DNA of 64,000 bases from an uncultured Actinomycetes bacterium (GTDB lineage: Bacteria > Actinomycetota > Acidimicrobiia > IMCC26256 > PALSA-610): NCBI GenBank assembly GCA_963761175.1, contig CAVXFZ010000021.1, positions 198,622 to 262,621 on the forward strand. The letters run 5' to 3'. Positions within the stretch are counted from its first letter, which is position 1. Each line of letters begins with the position of its first letter. The translations under genes and the position numbers were made by a program. The notes under the pieces were generated by a model that was not told where the DNA came from, did not search any database, and was given only the letters and a program-made list of their open reading frames with translations. Below, piece by piece: positions 41,012 to 51,146 of this stretch.

Positions 41012-41578
41012 GTGAAGGTCGGCGTCCTGGCGCTTCAGGGCGCGTTCCGTGAGCACGCGGAGGCGTTCGACGCGCTCGGGGCCGACGTCGAGCTGGTCCG
41101 GCGCCCCGAACACCTGGCCGGCGTCGACGCGCTGGTGTTGCCCGGTGGCGAGTCGACGACGATCGACAAGCTGCTCGACACGTCGGAGCTGCGCGCGCCG
41201 CTGCGCGATCTCGTCGCGTCGGGGTGCCCGACGCTCGCAACGTGCGCGGGGCTGATCGTGATCGCGGCCGAGGTGAGCGACGGCCGACCCGATCAGCGCC
41301 CCCTGGGCCTGCTCGACTGCACGGTGCGGCGCAACGGCTACGGCCGCCAGGTCGACTCCTTCGAGGCCGACCTCTCCGTCGCCGGGATGGCGGGCGGTAC
41401 GTTCCACGGCGTGTTCATCCGGGCTCCCGTCGTCGATCGCACCGGGCCCGGTATCGAGGTGCTGGCGACCCACGATGGTCACCCGGTGCTCGTGCGCCAG
41501 GGTCGCATCTGGGCGAGCACCTTCCACCCCGAGCTCTCCGGCGACCTTCGCGTCCACGAGCGCTTCATGCAGGAATAG
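41012..41578 (+). CDS. pdxT: Pyridoxal 5'-phosphate synthase glutaminase subunit PdxT
   Basis: 188 aa, VGVLALQGAFREH, ...TCAGLIV..., FHPELSGD. Confidence 0.93.
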   Translation: MKVGVLALQGAFREHAEAFDALGADVELVRRPEHLAGVDALVLPGGESTTIDKLLDTSELRAPLRDLVASGCPTLATCAGLIVIAAEVSDGRPDQRPLGLLDCTVRRNGYGRQVDSFEADLSVAGMAGGTFHGVFIRAPVVDRTGPGIEVLATHDGHPVLVRQGRIWASTFHPELSGDLRVHERFMQE

Positions 41579-41592
41579 AGGAAACTGGGGTC

Positions 41593-42345
41593 ATGTCAGG
41601 GCATTCCAAGTGGCACTCGATCAAACACAAGAAGGGCGCGGCCGACGCGGCGCGCGGCAAGTTGTTCGCGGTACTCATCCGCCAGATCGAGGTGGCGGCG
41701 CGCGCCGGCGGCGGTGATCCGGAGACGAACGCGACGCTGCGCACGATGGTGCAGAAGGCGCGCGACAACTCGGTGCCGGTCGACACGATCACGCGGGCGA
41801 TCCGGCGCGGCACCGGTGAGGAAGAGGGTGTCGTCTACGAGTCGGTCAACTACGAGGGGTACGCACCCCACGGCGTCGCCGTGTTCGTGCAGGCGCTCAC
41901 CGACAACCGCAACCGCACCGGCGCCGAGATCAAGAACCTCTTCACGCGTAACGGCGGGTCGTTCGCCGAGCCCGGCGCGGTCGGTTGGCAGTTCGAGCGG
42001 CGCGGGGAGGTCAACGTCGACAAGAGTGCGATCGGCGAGGACGACCTCATGCTCGTCGCGGCCGATGCCGGCGCCGACGACGTCGTCGACATCGGCGACA
42101 CCTGGCAGGTGACGACACCTCCGACCGAGCTGCACGCGGTCCGCACTGCGATCGAGGCCGCCGGGATCCCCGTGCGCGACAGCGACCTCACGATGGTGCC
42201 GACCACCTCGGTCGAGCTCGCGGAGGAATCGGCGGCGAAGTCGGTGCTGCGCCTCGTCGACGCGCTCGAGGAGCACGACGACGTCGAGGCCGTCTACGCC
42301 AACTTCGACATCCCCGAGTCAGTCCTCGCCGCGGTCGAAGCGTGA
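41593..42345 (+). CDS. yebC: YebC/PmpR family DNA-binding transcriptional regulator
   Basis: MSGHSKWHSIKHKKGAADAARGKLF signature. 250 aa. Conserved position before ruvC in Actinobacteria (here separated from it by the bcp/cox insertion). Confidence 0.95.
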   Translation: MSGHSKWHSIKHKKGAADAARGKLFAVLIRQIEVAARAGGGDPETNATLRTMVQKARDNSVPVDTITRAIRRGTGEEEGVVYESVNYEGYAPHGVAVFVQALTDNRNRTGAEIKNLFTRNGGSFAEPGAVGWQFERRGEVNVDKSAIGEDDLMLVAADAGADDVVDIGDTWQVTTPPTELHAVRTAIEAAGIPVRDSDLTMVPTTSVELAEESAAKSVLRLVDALEEHDDVEAVYANFDIPESVLAAVEA

Positions 42346-42500
42346 GCGAGCGTCGCGAGGTGGGTATCCCGCCGAGCAGCGAGCGGGGCCCGAGCGGCCC
42401 GGCGCCTCGGCGCCGAGAGCGGGAAGCGTGAGCGAGCGTCGCGAGGTGGGTATCCCATCGAGCAGCGAGCGGGGCCCGAGCGGCCCGAGCAGCGAGCGGG
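42338..42500. repeat. Intergenic direct repeat: 63-bp unit x2 (86-bp period) plus a third partial copy
   Basis: aagcgtgagcgagcgtcgcgaggtgggtatccc[gc/at]cgagcagcgagcggggcccgagcggccc occurs at 42338-42400 and 42424-42486 (2 mismatches). cgagcagcgagcggggc occurs again at about 42484-42500. The unit begins in the last codons of yebC and ends just before the bcp GTG. Confidence 0.8.
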
Positions 42501-42504
42501 GCTC

Positions 42505-42965
42505 GTGAGCGCCGAGGTCGGGCAGCCGGCTCCCGACTTCACCCTGGCGGGGATCGCGAAGGGGGAGCGGAGCGACTACACGCTGTCGGAGTACCGCGGC
42601 GCCAACGTGGTGCTGGCCTTCTACCCCGGCGACGACACGCCGGGATGCACCCGCCAGATGTGCTCGTACCGCGACGAGTTCTCGGTGTTCGAGGGCCTCG
42701 AGGCGGTCCTGCTCGGGATCTCCCCCCAAGACGTCGACAGCCACGAGCGCTGGGCCCAGAAACGGAGCCTGCCCTTCCCGCTGCTCGCCGACGTCGACCG
42801 CGCGGTCGCGCGGTCGTACGGGGTGACGGCGCCGCTCATCGGGATCCGACGCTCCGTGTTCGTCGTCGACGGTGCCGGCGTGATCCGCCACAAGGACATG
42901 AAGCTGATCGGCGCGACGTTCGAGCGCGCGCGTCGAAGCTCGCGGGGATCCTCGAGCAACTCTGA
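42505..42965 (+). pseudogene. bcp: Thiol peroxidase Bcp/PrxQ (peroxiredoxin), frame broken near 42922-42936
   Basis: GQPAPDFTL...VVLAFYPGDDTPGCTRQMC (CxxxxC). The natural-looking C-terminus ...SKLAGILEQL* lies in the frame of ORF 42645..42965. The break is inside gagcgcgcgcgtcg. Length 461 nt (3n+2). Confidence 0.8.
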
Positions 42966-43045
42966 CCCGCGCGTTGCGAGTGGTGGCAGACCCGGTGCGC
43001 GTGCGCGAGGCTTCCGGCCGTCGTTCGTAGGGGGGAGCACCAGCT

Positions 43046-43519
43046 ATGCGGATCGCCATGTCGGTCAACGGTCGCAGCGAAGAGCACGACGTCGAGCCCC
43101 GAACGCTCCTCGTGCAGTACGTACGGGAGGACTGCGGGCTCACGGGGACCAAGGTCGGGTGCGACACGTCGTCCTGTGGCGCGTGCACGGTGCTCGTCGA
43201 CGGCGAGTCGGTGAAGAGCTGCACGATGTTCGCGGCCCAGGCCGACGGCGCGGCCGTCACGACCATCGAGGGTCTCGCGGGTGCCGACGGCACGCTCCAT
43301 CCGGTGCAGCAGGCCTTTCACGAGAACCACGGTCTGCAGTGCGGCTTCTGCACCGCGGGGATGGTGATGGCAACCGTGTCACTCCTCGAGGAGCACCCGG
43401 TGCTCACCGAGCGCGAGGTGCGCGAAGGCCTCGAGGGCAACCTCTGCCGCTGCACCGGCTACCACAACATCGTGAAGTCCGTGCTCGCCGCGGCCGAGAC
43501 CGCAAGGGCAGCGCGGTGA
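43046..43519 (+). CDS. coxS: [2Fe-2S] small subunit of an aerobic-type CO dehydrogenase / xanthine dehydrogenase-family enzyme
   Basis: 157 aa, [48 protein letters not shown]. Confidence 0.9.
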   Translation: MRIAMSVNGRSEEHDVEPRTLLVQYVREDCGLTGTKVGCDTSSCGACTVLVDGESVKSCTMFAAQADGAAVTTIEGLAGADGTLHPVQQAFHENHGLQCGFCTAGMVMATVSLLEEHPVLTEREVREGLEGNLCRCTGYHNIVKSVLAAAETARAAR

Positions 43520-45884
43520 CCGCGGTCATCGGGACCCGTCTGCTCCGCAAGGAGGACCCGGCGCTCCTCACCGGCGAAGCCCGCTTCACCGACGACCTCG
43601 TGCTCCCGGGCGCGCTGCACCTGCGACTGGTGCGCTCTCCCGTCGCGCACGCGCGCATCGTCTCGATCGACGCGACCGCGGCACGCGGCGGCCGCGGGCG
43701 TCGTCGGCGTGTTCACCGGCGCCGACCTCCAGGGCGACTTCGCGGCCCCGTTGCCCTGCGCGTGGCCGGTGACCGAAGACATGCAGCACCCCGACCACTG
43801 GCCGCTTGCCCTCGACGAAGTGCGCTACGTCGGCGACGGCGTGGTCGCGGTGGTGGCGGAGACGCGCGAGGCGGCGCGTGATGCGGCCGAGCAGGTCGTC
43901 GTGGAGTACGACGACCTCCCGGTGATCGGCGACCTCGAGGACGCGCTGACCGATCGCAACCTCGTGCACGCGGATCTCGGCACGAATCGCACGTACACGT
44001 GGGAGCTGATTCCCGACCCCGCGGCGGTCGACGCCGCGTTCGCGGCCGCGGTGCACACGGTGAAGGAGCGCTACGTCCAGCAGCGGCTCATCGCGATGGC
44101 GATGGAACCGCGCAGCGTCGCGGCGGTGCCGGAGCCGTTCGGTGGCGAGCTGACGCTCTACTCCGCGACCCAGGTTCCGCACTTCCTGAAGATCTTCATG
44201 GCGATCGTCACCGGCACGCCGGAGCAGCGGATCCGGGTCATCGCACCGGCCGTCGGCGGCGGGTTCGGGTCGAAGCTCAACATCTACGCGGAGGAGGCGC
44301 TCTGCGTCGCGCTGGCGAAGCGCCTCGCCCGTCCCGTGCGCTGGAACGAGGAACGCAGCGAGGGCGCGCAGACGACCGTGCAGGGTCGCGGCATGATCCA
44401 AGACATCGAGCTCGCGGCCGACGCCGACGGTCGCATCACGGCGGTCCGCGTGCACCTGCTCGCCGACATGGGCGCGTACCTGCAGCTCGTGACGCCGGGC
44501 ATCCCGCTCCTCGGCGCGTTCCTCTACCACGGGGTGTACGACGCTCCCGCGTACTCGTTCAGCTGCACGTCGGTCTTCACGAATCGCATGCCCACCGACG
44601 CGTACCGGGGTGCGGGCCGGCCGGAAGCGACCTTCGCGATCGAGCGCGCCGTCGACGCGCTCGCCACGAAGATCGGGATCGATCCGGCCGCAGCTGCGGC
44701 GGCGCAACTACATCCGCAAGGAGCAATTCCCCTACAGCAGCCCGGCCGGACTCGTGTTCGACTCCGGCGACTACCACACCGCGCTCGACCGGGCGCTCGA
44801 TCACGTCGGGTACGACGCGCTGCGCGCCGACCAGGCGGCCCGGCGCGCGGCGGGAGCGAAGACGCACCTCGGCGTCGGGATCTCCACCTACGTCGAGATG
44901 TGCGGGCTCGCGCCGAGCAAGGTGCTCGCGTCGCTGCGCTACGTCGGCGGCGGTTGGGAGGCGGCGACGGTGCGCATGCTCCCGACCGGAAAGGTGCAGG
45001 TCGTCACGGGCACCACCCCGCACGGCCAGGCGCACGAGACGTCGTGGTCGATGATCGTCGCCGATCAGCTCGGCGTTCCCGTCGACGACATCGAGGTGCT
45101 CTGGGGCGACACGTCGGTCGCGCCGCACGGCCTCGACACCTACGGTTCGCGCTCGCTCGCGGTCGGAGGCACCGCGGTGCACATCGCGGCCGAACGCGTC
45201 CTCGACAAGGCGCGCGCGATCGCCGCGCATCAGCTCGAGGCCGCCGAGGCCGACCTCGAGTTCGCCGGCGGTGAGTTCTCCGTGCGTGGCACGCCCGCGA
45301 AGTCGATGCCGATCGGCGCCATCGCGTTCGAGGCGTTCACCGCGCACGACCTCCCCGACGGCATGGAACCCGGGCTCGAGGCGCAGGTGTTCTGGGACCC
45401 GCCGAACTTCGTATTCCCCTTCGGGGTGCACATCGCGGTCGTCGAGATCGACGAGGAGACCGGCTTCGTCGACCTCGTGCGCTACGTCGCCGTCGACGAC
45501 TGCGGGAACCAGATCAACCCGCTCGTCGTCGAGGGGCAGATCCACGGCGGGATCGTGCAGGGGGTCGCGCAGGCGTTGTGGGAGGACGCCGTCTACGACG
45601 ACGACGGCCAGCTGCTCACGTCGTCACTCCTCGACTACCTCGTGCCGTCCGCCGCCGAGCTGCCGAGCTTCGAGCTCGACCACACCGTGACACCCAGCCC
45701 CACGAACCCGCTCGGCGTCAAGGGGATCGGCGAGGCGGGCACGATCGCGTCGACGCCCGCGGTGATCAACGCCGTCGTCGACGCCCTCTCGCACCTCGGC
45801 GTCACCGACATCAAGATGCCCGCCACTCCCGAACGGGTGTGGACGGCGATCCAGGAATCAGCCACGAAGGGAAGCGCCCGATGA
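43516..45884 (+). pseudogene. coxL: Molybdopterin large subunit, CoxL-like (form II motif AYRGAGR), frame broken twice (about 43675-43700 and 44685-44700)
   Basis: GTG 43516 (GTGA overlap with coxS). Segments read in three successive frames: [24 protein letters not shown]..., then ...GVVGVFTGADLQGDF...PTDAYRGAGRPEATFAIERA..., then ...LRRRNYIRKEQFPY...GVKGIGEAGTIASTPAVINAV. Length 2369 nt (3n+2). Confidence 0.85.
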
Positions 45885-46702
45885 TCCCGGCAGGGTTCGA
45901 GTACGTGCGAGCCGAGTCCGCCGACGAGGCGGTCGCGCTCGTCGCCGAGCACGGTGACGACGCGAAGTTCCTCGCGGGCGGCATGTCGCTGATCCCGTTG
46001 ATGAAGCTGCGGCTCGCGACGCCGACGGTGCTCGTCGATGTCGGTCGCCTGCGCGACCTCTCCTACGTGCGCAGCGACGGCAGCACCGTCGCGATCGGCG
46101 CGCTCACGCGGCACCGCGATCTCGAGACGAGCGCGGAGCTCGGCGCGAAGTGTGGCGTCCTCCAGGCTGTCGCCGCGCAAGTAGGCGACAACCAGGTCCG
46201 CCACCGCGGCACGATCGGTGGCTCGGTGGCGCACGGCGATCCCGCGTCGGATCTGCCCGCGGCGCTCCTCGCGCTCGACGCGTCGTTCGTCGTTCGCGGT
46301 GGAAAGGGCGAGCGCACCATCGCCGCGGGCGACTTCTTCCAGGGCTTTCTCGAGACCGCGCTCGCGGCCGACGAGTTGCTCGTCGAGATCCGCGTCCCGG
46401 TGACGGGGAGCAACGGGTTCTCGTACCAGAAGTTCAACCGCCGGGCCCAGGACTGGGCGATCGTCGGTGCGCTGTGCGCCACGACACCTGCGGGCCGGCA
46501 CGTGAGCCTCGTGAACATGGGTTCGACACCGGTGCGCGCGTCGGCGGTCGAGACCGCGCTGGCCGGTGGTGCTTCGGCGGCGGACGCAGCCGCGCACGCC
46601 GACGAGGGCACCGAACCGCCGGCCGACCTCAACGCGTCGGTCGAGTACCGGCGCCATCTCGCGCGCGTGCTCGTGCGGCGCGCGATCGAAGCGGCCGGGT
46701 GA
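45881..46702 (+). CDS. coxM: FAD-binding medium subunit (CoxM-like)
   Basis: ATG 45881 (ATGA overlap). FLAGGMSLIPLMKLR and GTIGGSVAHGDPASDLPAALLALDA motifs. 273 aa. Confidence 0.9.
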   Translation: MIPAGFEYVRAESADEAVALVAEHGDDAKFLAGGMSLIPLMKLRLATPTVLVDVGRLRDLSYVRSDGSTVAIGALTRHRDLETSAELGAKCGVLQAVAAQVGDNQVRHRGTIGGSVAHGDPASDLPAALLALDASFVVRGGKGERTIAAGDFFQGFLETALAADELLVEIRVPVTGSNGFSYQKFNRRAQDWAIVGALCATTPAGRHVSLVNMGSTPVRASAVETALAGGASAADAAAHADEGTEPPADLNASVEYRRHLARVLVRRAIEAAG

Positions 46703-46712
46703 CGCGGGCGTC

Positions 46713-47339
46713 GTGATCGCCGCGGCGTTGCTCGCGGCGGGCCGGGGGAGCCGCTTCGGCACGAACCCGAAGCTGACGGAGATGATCGCGGGCCGGCCGG
46801 TGGTCTGCTGGGCGCTCGCGGCGGCGCGGGCTTCGGGTCTCGCGCCCGTCGTCCTCGTGACCGGGCGCGAAGGCGACGCGGTCGCCGCCGCGGCCGCGGG
46901 CGCGGGCGCGACGGCGGTGCCGAGCGACGTACGCGTCGTGCGCAACCCGCGCTGGGCGGAAGGGATCGCGTCGAGCCTGCAGGCCGCGATCGGCGCGCTG
47001 GCGCGGGTCGACGGCGTCGACGCGGTCGTCGTCGGCCTGGGCGACCAGCCGGCGGTCGGCTCGGAGGCGTACCGGCGCGTGGCCGCCGCGTACGATGCCG
47101 GAGCGCACCTGGCGGTCGCGACCTACGGCGGCGAGCGGGCCAACCCCGTCCTCGTCGCCCGCGACCACTGGGACGAAGCTTTCGGGCTCGAGGGCGACGA
47201 GGGAGCGCGGGCGCTGATGCGGCGTCACCCTGTCGTGGAGGTGCCGTGCGACGGCACCGGCGAGCCCACCGACGTCGACACACCCGAAGACCTCGCCGCC
47301 CTGGAGGCACGATGGAGATCACCGACCGGTTCCACGTGA
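46713..47339 (+). CDS. MobA/MocA-like nucleotidyltransferase (molybdenum cofactor cytidylyltransferase-like)
   Basis: GTG 46713. LLAAGRGSRFG nucleotide-binding motif, ...GLGDQP..., DVDTPEDL. Overlaps coxG by 28 nt. Confidence 0.75.
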   Translation: MIAAALLAAGRGSRFGTNPKLTEMIAGRPVVCWALAAARASGLAPVVLVTGREGDAVAAAAAGAGATAVPSDVRVVRNPRWAEGIASSLQAAIGALARVDGVDAVVVGLGDQPAVGSEAYRRVAAAYDAGAHLAVATYGGERANPVLVARDHWDEAFGLEGDEGARALMRRHPVVEVPCDGTGEPTDVDTPEDLAALEARWRSPTGST

Positions 47340-48013
47340 GTACGCCGCTCGAGGAGACGTGGCACGCCCTCCTCGACATCGAGCGCATCGCGCCGTGCCT
47401 TCCGGGCGCGCAGCTGCAGGAGATCGACGGCGACGAGTACCGCGGTGTCGTGAAGGTGAAGGTCGGTCCGATCACCGCGCAGTACAAGGGTGCCGCGCAT
47501 CTCACCGAGGTCGACGAGGCCGCGCGGCGCATCGTGATCGACGCGTCCGGTCGCGACACGCGCGGCCAGGGGAACGCGAGCGCCAAGATCCTCGTGACGA
47601 TGGAGGGCGACGCGGCGGGGACCGACGTGTCGGTGCACACGGATCTCGCGATCACCGGGAAGGTCGCGCAGTTCGGACGGGGTGTCCTCGCCGACGTCTC
47701 CGCGAAGCTGCTCGGCCAGTTCGTCGAGCGGCTCGAAGCCGACGTCCTGAGCGGCGGTGCGCCTGCCGTCGCCGCCCCGGCGCCGGCGCCGAGTGCCGCG
47801 TCCGTGACGCCCAACGGTGCGAACGGATCGAGCGGGACGACCGCGACCGCGGCTGCCACCGCGGCCGGCCCGCGCCGGGTCGAGGGTCCGGAGGCCGAAC
47901 CCGTCGACCTCCTCGCCGCCGCCGGGGCCCCGGTCGGGCGGCGGCTCGTGCCCGTCGTGGTCGGCGCCGTCGTCGCCTTCCTCCTGTTCCGCTGGCTGCG
48001 CGGTCGGCGCTGA
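47312..48013 (+). CDS. coxG: SRPBCC-fold CoxG-like protein with A/P/T-rich linker and C-terminal TM anchor
   Basis: ATG 47312 with CTGGAGG RBS. MEITDRFHVSTPLEETWHALLDIERIAPCLPGAQL... is the CoxG family pattern. C-terminal LVPVVVGAVVAFLLF helix. Confidence 0.8.
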   Translation: MEITDRFHVSTPLEETWHALLDIERIAPCLPGAQLQEIDGDEYRGVVKVKVGPITAQYKGAAHLTEVDEAARRIVIDASGRDTRGQGNASAKILVTMEGDAAGTDVSVHTDLAITGKVAQFGRGVLADVSAKLLGQFVERLEADVLSGGAPAVAAPAPAPSAASVTPNGANGSSGTTATAAATAAGPRRVEGPEAEPVDLLAAAGAPVGRRLVPVVVGAVVAFLLFRWLRGRR

Positions 48014-48046
48014 GTGAACCTCGCGCCGCCGTTCTGATGGTCCGTC

Positions 48047-48063
48047 CGGACCGCTGCGGTCCG
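48047..48063 (+). terminator. Candidate factor-independent hairpin after coxG (no U-tract)
   Basis: CGGACCG-ctg-CGGTCCG, 7-bp GC-rich stem, 34 nt after the coxG stop. An alternative pairing exists with GGTCCG 48039-48044. Confidence 0.3.
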
Positions 48064-48117
48064 CTCACCCCATGAGAACGCGCGGTGCGGATCCGCCGGG
48101 GCGGGCGGCGTGACCTC

Positions 48118-48123
48118 TAGGAT
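48118..48123 (+). promoter_or_regulatory. Candidate -10 (TAGGAT) of the ruvCAB promoter
   Basis: TAGGAT abuts the LexA box. GTG 48131 lies 7 nt downstream, giving a leaderless geometry. Confidence 0.4.
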
Positions 48124-48138
48124 CGAACCCGTGTTCGA
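48123..48138. promoter_or_regulatory. LexA operator (SOS box) TCGAACccgtGTTCGA
   Basis: Perfect match to the mycobacterial/actinobacterial consensus TCGAAC-N4-GTTCGA, read directly. ruvC is a classical SOS-regulated gene in Mycobacterium. Confidence 0.8.
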
Positions 48139-48700
48139 CCGGGTGGTCCTCGGCATCGACCCCGGCCTCTCGCGCTGCGGCTACGGCGCAGTGGCGCGAG
48201 ACGGCTCGTGCTTCTCGGCGCGGGCGTACGGCGTGCTGCGCACCGAGCCCCACGATCCGTTGCCGACGCGCCTGGCCGCGCTCGAGACCGACCTCGAGGC
48301 GCTCGTCGCCGAGCTCGCGCCCGGCGCCGTCGCGGTGGAACGGGTGTTGTTCCAGGTGAACGCGCGCACTGCGATCTCGGTCGGGCAGGCGAGTGGTCTC
48401 GCGCTCGCGGTCGCGGCCCGGGCCGGGATCCCCGTCGTGCAGTACAGCCCCAACGAGGTGAAGCTCGCGGTGACCGGCGACGGCGCGGCCGACAAGGTCG
48501 CGGTCCAGATGATGGTCACCCGCCTCCTCGACCTGCCGCGTGCGCCGCAACCTCCCGACGCGGCCGACGCGCTCGCGCTCGCGCTCTGCCACGCATGGCG
48601 CGACCGGCTGGAGCGCGACCTGCCGATCGCGCCCGAAGGTGCCGGACCGTCGCGTCTGCAGGACGCGATCACGCGGGCACTGGCCCGCGACGGGCGATGA
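48131..48700 (+). CDS. ruvC: Holliday junction resolvase RuvC
   Basis: VVLGIDPGLSRCGYGAV catalytic N-terminus. The ORF opens at 48110, but GTG 48131 (or 48143) fits the -10/LexA-box geometry better. Confidence 0.9.
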   Translation: MFDRVVLGIDPGLSRCGYGAVARDGSCFSARAYGVLRTEPHDPLPTRLAALETDLEALVAELAPGAVAVERVLFQVNARTAISVGQASGLALAVAARAGIPVVQYSPNEVKLAVTGDGAADKVAVQMMVTRLLDLPRAPQPPDAADALALALCHAWRDRLERDLPIAPEGAGPSRLQDAITRALARDGR

Positions 48701-49284
48701 TCGGCTCGATCCGTGGCACGGTGCTCGAACGAACGGGCGCGGGCGAGGTGCTCGTCGAGGTCGGCGGCGTGGGATACCGCGCCTCCGTGCCCATCGGCGC
48801 GCTCGCGAAGCTGACGCCCGGTGAGCCGGCCTTCCTCTTCACCCATCTCCACGTGCGCGAGGACGCCATGGTGCTGTTCGGCTTCCCCACGCGTGACGAG
48901 CGCGACACCTTCGCCGCGCTGATCGGCGCGACCGGGGTGGGGCCGAAGCTCGCGCTCGCGATGTTGAGCGTCCACTCTCCGAACGCGTTGCGCGCCGCGC
49001 TCGCGCACGACGACCTCGAAGCGCTGTGCCTGGTACCGGGAGTCGGGAAGCGCACCGCGCAGCGGCTGCTCGTCGACCTGAAAGCCCGCCTCGAGGTTCC
49101 TGACCTCGACCTCGGCGCGCACGCCGAGGCACCCAGCGCGCGCGCCGAGGTGCGCGAGGCGCTCGCCGGCCTCGGCTACGGACCCGACGACGTGCGCGAG
49201 GTCCTCGCGGGCCTCGACGACGACGCACCGGTCGAGGCCCTGCTGCGCAGCGCGCTGCGGCAACTGAGGCCGAGCCGTGCGTGA
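48697..49284 (+). CDS. ruvA: Holliday junction DNA helicase subunit RuvA
   Basis: ATG 48697 (ATGA overlap). [14 protein letters not shown]...VGYRASVP... and HhH motifs [20 protein letters not shown]. Confidence 0.93.
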   Translation: MIGSIRGTVLERTGAGEVLVEVGGVGYRASVPIGALAKLTPGEPAFLFTHLHVREDAMVLFGFPTRDERDTFAALIGATGVGPKLALAMLSVHSPNALRAALAHDDLEALCLVPGVGKRTAQRLLVDLKARLEVPDLDLGAHAEAPSARAEVREALAGLGYGPDDVREVLAGLDDDAPVEALLRSALRQLRPSRA

Positions 49285-50318
49285 CGAGCTGCTCGAGCCC
49301 GCGGCCACGCCGTTGGAGGCGGCCGAGGAGACGACGCTGCGGCCGCGGCACCTCGGCGACTTCGTCGGCCAGGCCGCGTTGAAGGAGCACCTCGAGATCA
49401 TGCTCGGCGCCGCGCGCGCCCGCGGGCAGGCCGTCGACCACCTCCTGCTCGCCGGTCCGCCGGGCCTCGGCAAGACGTCGCTCGCCGGCATCGTCGCGAT
49501 GGAGATGGGCGCGCGGCTGCAGCCGACCTCGGGCCCGGCCCTCGAACGCGCGGGCGACCTCGCCGCGATCCTCACGAACCTCGACGACGGCGACGTGCTC
49601 TTCATCGACGAGGTGCACCGGCTGCCGCGCGTGGTCGAAGAGGTCCTCTACCCCGCGATGGAGGACTTCCAGCTCGACGTCGTGATCGGCAAGGGCCCGA
49701 CGGCGCGCTCGATCCGGCTCGACCTCCCGCGCTTCACCCTCGTCGGTGCGACCACGCGCACCGGCCTCATCACGGGACCGTTGCGCGATCGCTTCGGCTT
49801 CGTCGCGCGCCTCGACTACTACGAGCCCTCCGACCTCGCGACGATCCTGAACCGCTCGGCCACGATCCTCGGCGTCCCCCTCGAAGACGAGGGCGCACGC
49901 GAGATCGCGTCGCGTTCCGCGTGGCACCCCGCGGATCGCAAACCGGTTGCTGCGACGCGTACGGGACTACGCCGAGGTGCGCGGCGACGGCACCGTGAAC
50001 GCAACGACGGCGCGCGCCGCGCTCGAGCTCTTCGAGGTCGACGACCTCGGCCTCGACAAGATCGACCGCGCCATCGTGCACGCACTCTGCCGGACGTTTG
50101 CAGGCCAACCGGTCGGCCTCTCGACGCTCGCGATCGCGGTGGGGGAGCAACCTGAGACGGTCGAAGACGTGTACGAGCCGTTCCTCCTCCAGTGCGGGCT
50201 GCTCCGGCGCACGCCGCGGGGGCGCATCGCCACCGACGCGGCGTTCGCGCATCTCGGGTTGCCCGCGGCGCTTCCCGACGGGGAGACTCCCGCGCTGTTC
50301 GAGCCCGACGATTCCTGA
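49277..50318 (+). pseudogene. ruvB: Holliday junction ATP-dependent DNA helicase RuvB, frame broken near 49915-49922
   Basis: Walker [15 protein letters not shown], Walker [11 protein letters not shown]. After ...AREIASRS the conserved [20 protein letters not shown]... continues in the frame of ORF 49947..50318. Length 1042 nt (3n+1), consistent with one extra base in cgttccgcgtgg. Confidence 0.9.
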
Positions 50319-50329
50319 AGGGGTCCACG

Positions 50330-51046
50330 ATGGCCGAGGCGCCTCCCGTCACCGAGGAACGCGTCGGGAACGTGCTCGTCGCGACGATCGCGCACGGCAA
50401 GGCGAACGCGCTCTCGCACGCGGCACTCGACGCGCTCGGCGCGGCGCTCGACACGGTCGAGCGCAGCGGCGCCGAGGGCCCCGGGGCGTTGCTCGTCACC
50501 GGCACGCCGGGGATGCTCTCGGGCGGCTTCGACCTGGCCGTGATGCGCGCCGGTCCCGCGGAAGCCGGCGCCCTCGTCACCGACGGTGGGGAGCTCATGA
50601 CGCGTTGCTACGCCTCGCCGGTGCCGGTCCTCGTCGCCTGCACGGGCCACGCGATCGCGGCGGGCGCGCTGTTGCTGCTCGGAGCGGACTGGCGCGTCGG
50701 CGCGCGTGGTGCGTTCCGCATCGGTCTGATCGAGACCCAGCTCGGGATGGTGCTGCCGCAGTGGGCGGCCGAGCTCGCCGCGGAGCGGCTGAGCCGCCGC
50801 CATCTCCAGTCTGCGACCGTCGGTGCTCGCGTCTACGACCCCGACGGCGCCGCCGACGCGGGCTTCCTCGACGTCGTCGTCGAGCCCGACGCGGTGCGAG
50901 CCGCGGCGCTGGAAGAGGCGGAGCGGCTCGCGGCGATGCCGCGCGCCGCGTACGAGGGGCAGGTGCAGATGAATCGCGGCGATCGGATCAACCGGTTGCG
51001 CGAGGCCGTCGCCGCCGACCGTGGGCGGCTCTTTCAGACGTCCTGA
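50330..51046 (+). CDS. Crotonase/enoyl-CoA hydratase superfamily protein
   Basis: ATG 50330 with GAAGGGG RBS. ...IAHGKANALSHAALDAL...LLVTGTPGMLSGGFDL...ACTGHAIAAGALLLL oxyanion-hole pattern. Confidence 0.8.
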   Translation: MAEAPPVTEERVGNVLVATIAHGKANALSHAALDALGAALDTVERSGAEGPGALLVTGTPGMLSGGFDLAVMRAGPAEAGALVTDGGELMTRCYASPVPVLVACTGHAIAAGALLLLGADWRVGARGAFRIGLIETQLGMVLPQWAAELAAERLSRRHLQSATVGARVYDPDGAADAGFLDVVVEPDAVRAAALEEAERLAAMPRAAYEGQVQMNRGDRINRLREAVAADRGRLFQTS

Positions 51047-51146
51047 CCGGCACCGGCCCGGGACACCCGCCGGCGGGGCGGCTCCGCTAGGCTCGATTCG
51101 CTCTGCCCCAGTCCCCCATGCTCCGAGCGCGGGTGGTGTGCACGCC

